Source of the DNA: a virus
Lineage: Duplodnaviria; Caudoviricetes
Length of the DNA stretch: 30,028 nt
IMG/VR virus record: IMGVR_UViG_3300032225_001688
Span: 1-30,028 of that record
Direction: 5' to 3' (one strand)
In this document: positions 25,081 to 30,028 of the stretch, one piece after another
Position numbering within the stretch: the first letter of the stretch is position 1
How the letters are laid out: every line of letters starts with the position of its first letter
Notes under the pieces: generated by a model
Database searches by the model: none
The model's input: only the letters and a program-made list of their open reading frames with translations
Told to the model about the DNA's origin: nothing
Translations under genes and position numbers: made by a program

Positions 25081-25721
25081 TGGCTAAGAAAAAAGCCTGG
25101 GTTCCTGGAGAACATTCCGACCCTGCATCACCTATTGCTAAAAAGTTAAGTGCTGAGCCAGGTCGTTTAGTTGACGCACCAAAAATAATAAAGCCTAAAA
25201 ACCCGGGTATTGGTGCAGTATCTTATATTGAGTCTCAAGATGGGCCATGGGACGATGAAAAAGGTGATAAAGAAGTTTTAGGTCGTTATGTACATTTATT
25301 TAAGGGTTTTCATGACTCACGTCCTGAAGATATTGATATGAACGCACTAGGGCAACATTGGACTATTGATCCAAGTACTGCTGAGGACTATGCTACTCAT
25401 GGAGAAGATGGTACGTGGAAACAAGGAACTAACCATACTGTTTTAGAGGGTAGAGTACTTAAAGATCATTTAATGAGTGATGAAGATATGACAGATAAAT
25501 TTAGAAATGACCATAGTTTGCGAGCCGGAGTTGGCTTTAGAAACGCATCTCGTGAAGTACCTATTCTAAATGGTAAGCCTATTCATATAGTTGCTACCCA
25601 CCATATAGTTACAGATGAGAATCGTAAACCTATAAGCTCAGTACGAAAAGAAACTACTAGTTTAGTTGGCATGACTAATCCAAGTAAAAGAATGGAAAAG
25701 AGAAATAATAATGACAACTAA
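25080..25721 (+). CDS. Hypothetical protein, possible ADP-ribosyltransferase-like fold
   Basis: VHLFKG..GQHWTIDPSTAEDYA..VLEGRV..SREV; the ORF is solid, the fold call is tentative. Confidence 0.55.
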   Translation: MAKKKAWVPGEHSDPASPIAKKLSAEPGRLVDAPKIIKPKNPGIGAVSYIESQDGPWDDEKGDKEVLGRYVHLFKGFHDSRPEDIDMNALGQHWTIDPSTAEDYATHGEDGTWKQGTNHTVLEGRVLKDHLMSDEDMTDKFRNDHSLRAGVGFRNASREVPILNGKPIHIVATHHIVTDENRKPISSVRKETTSLVGMTNPSKRMEKRNNNDN

Positions 25722-26007
25722 GAAAAAAGCAGTAGCTGGCGGCAAAGAATACAAAGGCTCTGCTGCTAATGGTGGTCGTAAGATTATTGTTGAGCACTAT
25801 AAAGATAAAGACGGTAACTGGAAAACTACTTCTAAAAACGCTGCCAAAGCTAAGTATGAGAAGAAGCACGGTAAGCTACCAAAAGGCACAGACGTAGATC
25901 ATAAAAATAACAACCACGATGACGACTCCGCCAAAAACCTGCGCCCGCTCTCCCACGGTAAGAACACCGCTAAGGAGAACAAGCGCAGGGTTGGCAAGAA
26001 GTCTTAG
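25711..26007 (+). CDS. Small basic HNH-like protein
   Basis: DVDHKNNNHDDDSAKNLRPLSHGKN. Confidence 0.75.
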   Translation: MTTKKKAVAGGKEYKGSAANGGRKIIVEHYKDKDGNWKTTSKNAAKAKYEKKHGKLPKGTDVDHKNNNHDDDSAKNLRPLSHGKNTAKENKRRVGKKS

Positions 26008-26519
26008 ACCAAGGGTACTGCTTTTAACCAGTACTGAACTACTCCACTATATCGCTGGTTTTTACCAGCTCTCCATGCTGTCCAATTTTTACCCCCAGCA
26101 GACATTTTAAAGGCTATCTGGGCATTGGTGACCGGATCATATAGGTCATCAGCTGAACTAAGCTTATATTGGCTTACACGGGCTTTTAAAGACCCATATA
26201 CGTTGACTTGAAAGAGACCATACGAGTTATCCCCCGTTTTGGCATTGCCATTGTGGGATCTTGGATTTCCGTGGGATTCTTTCATAGCAACAGCCCAAGC
26301 AATCTTTAATGCATGACCTCTAAAACCAGTCAGGTATAAAAGCTCATAAAGTTGCTCTTGAGTTAACTTATGTAGTTTGGAGTATTTCATTATGGGGCTC
26401 ACGCATATGGGAGCTACCTTTGTTTTAACAGCCTGAGCTGTTTGAATGAACGTATTTGTTAAGACCAATGTTAAGGCCATTACGATTACAAATAGTTTTC
26501 TTTTTCCATCAAATATCAC
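26004..26519 (-). CDS. Secreted lysozyme-like/lytic transglycosylase (SLT fold)
   Basis: Signal peptide (KRK, hydrophobic core, AQA); AVAMKES, SYGLFQVN, DPVTNA, WTAW; GTG start, RBS AGGAG. Confidence 0.85.
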   Translation of the reverse strand: MIFDGKRKLFVIVMALTLVLTNTFIQTAQAVKTKVAPICVSPIMKYSKLHKLTQEQLYELLYLTGFRGHALKIAWAVAMKESHGNPRSHNGNAKTGDNSYGLFQVNVYGSLKARVSQYKLSSADDLYDPVTNAQIAFKMSAGGKNWTAWRAGKNQRYSGVVQYWLKAVPLV

Positions 26520-26691
26520 ACTATCTCCTAGGCTAGAAGGCCAACCCGAATCTTTTACCTACTGTCACTAGATAAAAAATAGCTCAGCGTCTGTCTGCCA
26601 AGCTAGTTGCAACCCTTTTGTTACGTAGTTAGTGTTAGGGCAGTTTCCTGTCCCTATATCTATCTTAGCAGTAAATACAGGGTTGGTGCAA
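26520..26691 (-). promoter_or_regulatory. Promoter and structured 5' leader of the transglycosylase
   Basis: TTGCAC-N18-TAAGAT with TGn extension, then five hairpins, the last abutting the RBS. Confidence 0.6.
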
Positions 26692-26710
26692 CCGCCAAAC
26701 CCAAATATAG

Positions 26711-26726
26711 TGTAAGATAGATCACA
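26711..26726. promoter_or_regulatory. Near-consensus CRP-type box
   Basis: TGTAA-GATAGA-TCACA (1 mismatch) between divergent genes. Confidence 0.4.
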
Positions 26727-26748
26727 TAGTATAAAAAAAGGGATAAAA

Positions 26749-27030
26749 ATGCGAATCGTACAAAGAATTGTTACAAAACAAGGCCATTATGTTCCAACTA
26801 GTTCTCATGCGCCACGAGGACCATTTCCTCCAGAGTTATTTGCTGAACCGGAAATTATTACAGACTACATCCCATTTGACGAGGAACATTCAAGGGGTGC
26901 TACAGCACAGACTGAGTTTAAATCACCTAAGCTTTTTCGTTGTAAAGACTGCACTATGATAGTATTAGAACATGAAGTGCCAGATCACTGGTGCGAGGGA
27001 ACGGGCGAAGAAGATGGCACAGACGCATGA
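26749..27030 (+). CDS. Hypothetical protein with C-terminal CxxC..HxC finger
   Basis: 93 aa; RBS AAGGGA. Confidence 0.75.
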   Translation: MRIVQRIVTKQGHYVPTSSHAPRGPFPPELFAEPEIITDYIPFDEEHSRGATAQTEFKSPKLFRCKDCTMIVLEHEVPDHWCEGTGEEDGTDA

Positions 27031-27307
27031 CGTTGGTAAGTTTTACTGGCATTTAATGACTTATCCAGTAAAACCACCAGTAGTACTAGAGCGTGCAGAA
27101 ACTCAAGAAATTGATGGGCAATATCGTTTTGGTAAGGGTTGGTGTTTAAGACTACCACTAACAAGGAAGTCTATTGTTATAGGTAAGTGGGTTAAGCACT
27201 ATACTGAAAGTCAAGCGTTAACTAATGCAATCAATGGGCGTAGTATGAAACAAGAAGAAGTTGACTGGGATGTTATTAGATTTGGGGCACCGTATGAAGA
27301 TCTTTAA
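27014..27307 (+). CDS. Hypothetical protein (start moved to MAQTH)
   Basis: 97 aa; overlaps both neighbours. Confidence 0.7.
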   Translation: MAQTHDVGKFYWHLMTYPVKPPVVLERAETQEIDGQYRFGKGWCLRLPLTRKSIVIGKWVKHYTESQALTNAINGRSMKQEEVDWDVIRFGAPYEDL

Positions 27308-27533
27308 GCGTAAAAGTAAAACTGTAAAAGAATTAACTAAAGTTCAACGTAGAGTAAATTCTTTGTCTACTCAAGAGCTTCTTACTTGGACGGATCAAAT
27401 TATGTATTCTATTGGGCGTAATCTATCCTCTTGGCAAAAAACACAGTACAAAGATAGCTTAGCAGAGGCACGCTTAGGTGCAGAATCTCTTAGCGCTATT
27501 TTAAATACCCTTAATGAAAGACATGGCCTGTGA
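27294..27533 (+). CDS. Hypothetical helical protein upstream of the terminase (start moved to MKIFK)
   Basis: 79 aa; GTGA overlap with terL. Confidence 0.7.
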   Translation: MKIFKRKSKTVKELTKVQRRVNSLSTQELLTWTDQIMYSIGRNLSSWQKTQYKDSLAEARLGAESLSAILNTLNERHGL

Positions 27534-29107
27534 CCACTGGTGAGTTTGACGAGCTAGAGCCGGAAGACTTTGACGAGTTTGGCAATGTACTGCCAGAAGA
27601 AGTTGAAGATGACGGTTTAGATGAACTTTCTAAAGAGTTTGTAAAAGCTCTTGTAGAAAAGATCATGGGTTTTATGAAAGTTTTAGTGGGGCACGAGCTA
27701 CACGCTTACCAACAACCTTTAGCTCGCAGATTGATAGAGTCCGTAATTATTAACGACGGTGAGGAAATTACAGCTCTTGCTTCTCGTCAGAGTGGTAAGT
27801 CTGAAACTATTGCTAACACAGTGGCAACCCTTATGGTTATCCTTCCACGCCTAGCTAAAATGTACCCAGAGTTAATGGGTAAGTTTGGTGATGGAATTAT
27901 GGTGGGAATGTTTGCCCCTGTCCAATCACAGGTAGAAACCCTTTATTCTCGTACAGTATCCCGCCTAACTAGCGAATCGGCTTTAGATGTACTTGGGGAT
28001 CCTGAAATTGACGATATGGTTTCTAAAACGCCTGGCGTAGTAAGAAACATCCGCCTTAAGAACTCAGGCAGTAGCCTTATGATGATGACCGCTAACCCTA
28101 GAGCTAAAATTGAATCTAAGTCTTTTCACCTCATCATTATTGATGAGTGCCAAGAAGCAGATGACTTTGTAGTGGCTAAATCTATTTCACCTATGGGTGC
28201 GTACTATAACGCCACTATGGTTAAGACAGGGACTCCTACAACTCACAAGAATAACTTTTATAAAGCTATTCAGTTTAACAAGCGTAGACAAACTGGTAGA
28301 AATGCTAAACAGAATCACTTTCAGTGGGATTGGCGAGACGTAGCCAAAGTAAACCCTAACTATGAAAAGTTTATTAAAAAAGAAATGCTTCGCATCAATG
28401 AGGACTCTGATGAGTTTCAACTTTCCTATAACTGCAAATGGTTGCTGGAGAGAGGAATGTTCGTTACATCTTCAATCATGGATGACCTTGGAGATACCTC
28501 TCAAGAAATTGTTAAATCTTGGCATAGATCTCCAGTAGTTGTGGGAATTGACCCTGCACGAAAGATGGACTCGACGGTAGTGACAGTAGTATGGGTAGAT
28601 TGGGATCGCCCTGATGAATATGGCTACTATGATCATAGAGTATTAAATTGGCTTGAAATGCAGGGCGATGATTGGGAAGAACAATATTTCCAGATACAAC
28701 AGTTCTTGTCATCCTACGATGTGCTTGCAATTGGAATCGACGCCAATGGTGTTGGTGATGCAGTGGCCGGAAGATTAAAAATCTTAATGCCTCGTGCAGA
28801 AGTAATCCCGGTTACATCTAGTCCTACAGAGCAGTCTAAACGGTGGAAACACTTACAGGCTTTGATTCAGCGTCAAATGGTTTCCTGGCCATCCCATGCA
28901 AAAACTCGTCGCCTACGTATTTGGAAAAAGTTCTACCAACAGATGACGGATGCCGAAGTTCAGTATAAAGGCCCAAATTTTATGGTAGCTGCTCCAGATG
29001 AGGCGCATGCTCACGATGACTTTGTAGACTCACTAGCATTGGCATGCTCTCTTACCCAAGAACTAGTTATGCCTACAATTGAAGTTTCAGCAAGTCCTTT
29101 CTTCTAA
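27530..29107 (+). CDS. terL: Terminase large subunit
   Basis: Walker A ASRQSGKS, Walker B LIIIDE, TGTP, nuclease motifs VGIDPA, IDANGVG and HDDFVDS. Confidence 0.93.
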   Translation: MTTGEFDELEPEDFDEFGNVLPEEVEDDGLDELSKEFVKALVEKIMGFMKVLVGHELHAYQQPLARRLIESVIINDGEEITALASRQSGKSETIANTVATLMVILPRLAKMYPELMGKFGDGIMVGMFAPVQSQVETLYSRTVSRLTSESALDVLGDPEIDDMVSKTPGVVRNIRLKNSGSSLMMMTANPRAKIESKSFHLIIIDECQEADDFVVAKSISPMGAYYNATMVKTGTPTTHKNNFYKAIQFNKRRQTGRNAKQNHFQWDWRDVAKVNPNYEKFIKKEMLRINEDSDEFQLSYNCKWLLERGMFVTSSIMDDLGDTSQEIVKSWHRSPVVVGIDPARKMDSTVVTVVWVDWDRPDEYGYYDHRVLNWLEMQGDDWEEQYFQIQQFLSSYDVLAIGIDANGVGDAVAGRLKILMPRAEVIPVTSSPTEQSKRWKHLQALIQRQMVSWPSHAKTRRLRIWKKFYQQMTDAEVQYKGPNFMVAAPDEAHAHDDFVDSLALACSLTQELVMPTIEVSASPFF

Positions 29108-29194
29108 AAAGAATGCCTTTAGGCTGACTAATTAGTAAATAACGACGAGAATTGTGCATGAGGACCTCAATCCCCAACCTATAGGAGAATAAAA

Positions 29195-29602
29195 ATGGCA
29201 GTAGATAATATCGCCCCAACACCTCAGTTTCCTGAGCGTCCGGGCACTTCTTACGAACGTAAGATGTCAATGGCAATGCCAGGCCTTCGTGGCCCACTTC
29301 GTTTCGAAGAAGGTATTGCAACAGACACAGATGTACCAAATGATTTCCAACTTGGTTTGGATCAAGGTTATGACACTCCAGAAGGACGTCCTAACCACAA
29401 TACAAACGTAATGGAAAAGTATGCGGATGAGACAATGCGTGAACGTGCTCACGTTGGTTCAGCTGCATGGGTAGAAGCCCCAACATATCTTGGCGAGTTT
29501 GCTCAAGGTAACTTTGGAGACCACTCTACAGTCGTTATCGAAGAGGTTATACGTAATGGCTCACGCCAGGAGCGTATGAACCCAGCTTCAGTCTTAGACT
29601 AA
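29195..29602 (+). CDS. Hypothetical protein downstream of the terminase
   Basis: 135 aa; RBS AGGAG. Confidence 0.8.
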   Translation: MAVDNIAPTPQFPERPGTSYERKMSMAMPGLRGPLRFEEGIATDTDVPNDFQLGLDQGYDTPEGRPNHNTNVMEKYADETMRERAHVGSAAWVEAPTYLGEFAQGNFGDHSTVVIEEVIRNGSRQERMNPASVLD

Positions 29603-29678
29603 AAAATACGATAGACTATACCGGTCTCCAGCTCTGTACCCCTTTCTCCGGAGCTGGAGGCCTTTATAGGAGGAGAAT

Positions 29679-29945
29679 ATGGCACAACCAAATAATCCAA
29701 AGTTGTACAACATGTTATTAGCGCAAGCTAAAGCAAAGTATCCTTCTCACAAACCAAATGGTTTAAGCTTTCCAGCTGCTAAATGGTTTGGTAATGAATA
29801 CGCAAGACAAGGCGGGGGCTTTGTAGATTCAATTAAAGAAGTTGATCCAAAGCTACGTGATTTTAAGCAAGAAGATATTGAGAAAGAAAAACGTAAAAAA
29901 GCATTAGAAAAAAAGAAGAAGAAACAATCAGGTTTCGTCGTTTAA
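29679..29945 (+). CDS. Basic hypothetical protein
   Basis: 88 aa; RBS AGGAGG; NPKLY..AK.KYP..PAA.W....Y...GGGF. Confidence 0.8.
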   Translation: MAQPNNPKLYNMLLAQAKAKYPSHKPNGLSFPAAKWFGNEYARQGGGFVDSIKEVDPKLRDFKQEDIEKEKRKKALEKKKKKQSGFVV

Positions 29946-29978
29946 GTTGGGGGCAACTATGAAGTCAGGATGTAATCA

Positions 29979-30028
29979 ATGAGCGGTGGTATGGATTTTT
30001 CACCTCCCAGTTATCGGGCGGCGTCATC
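29979..30028 (+). CDS. N-terminal fragment of the next gene, probably portal
   Basis: MSGGMDFSPPSYRAAS runs off the window; the portal call rests on position after terL and a recalled N-terminus only. Confidence 0.45.
   Translation, partial: MSGGMDFSPPSYRAAS

Noticed and set aside
15580-26543. 13-bp match GGCTAGAAGGCCA at 15580 and 26531
   Set aside because: Two copies in different structural contexts on the same strand, so not an antisense pair; may be chance
26520-26660. c-di-AMP (ydaO) riboswitch
   Set aside because: Conserved GCUGAAUCC, GGAACC and GGGG-UGAAUC segments are not visible
1-30028. Alternative genetic code or stop-codon reassignment
   Set aside because: Conserved genes are full length under the standard code and end with TAA, TAG and TGA; the tRNA is not a suppressor

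Overview
This 30 kb window comes from a large tailed dsDNA phage. WhiB, DUF4192-like, MSMEG_6728-like and DUF7455-like genes and TANNNT promoters point to an actinobacterial host. It has three blocks. (1) 1-3030 (+) is the end of a nucleotide-metabolism unit: class II B12-dependent ribonucleotide reductase, an HNH nuclease and an unannotated ultra-acidic 48-aa peptide, closed by a bidirectional terminator. (2) 3097-16346 (-) is a dense leftward, probably early or host-takeover module of about 35 mostly small genes (HicA-like, pyrimidine-dimer glycosylase-like, MoxR AAA+ with vWA, two DUF4192-like proteins, WhiB, TraR-like zinc finger). (3) 16698-30028 (mostly +) holds two KTSC-like proteins, Hsp20, tRNA-Asn, FmdB, a proteasome-beta/HslV-like peptidase, small basic proteins, an antisense secreted transglycosylase, the large terminase and the probable start of the portal gene. 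The main signals not explained by the genes are non-coding. A strand-polarised 12-mer, CCAACACAAACA, recurs every 0.9-1.8 kb across the early module. Two copies of a covarying H-type pseudoknot and two ~400-nt stem-loop-rich spacers that fold on the minus strand lie in the same module. CRP-type boxes sit in both divergent promoter regions, and a five-hairpin leader precedes the transglycosylase. All calls were made by eye from motifs; no database search or folding program was run.
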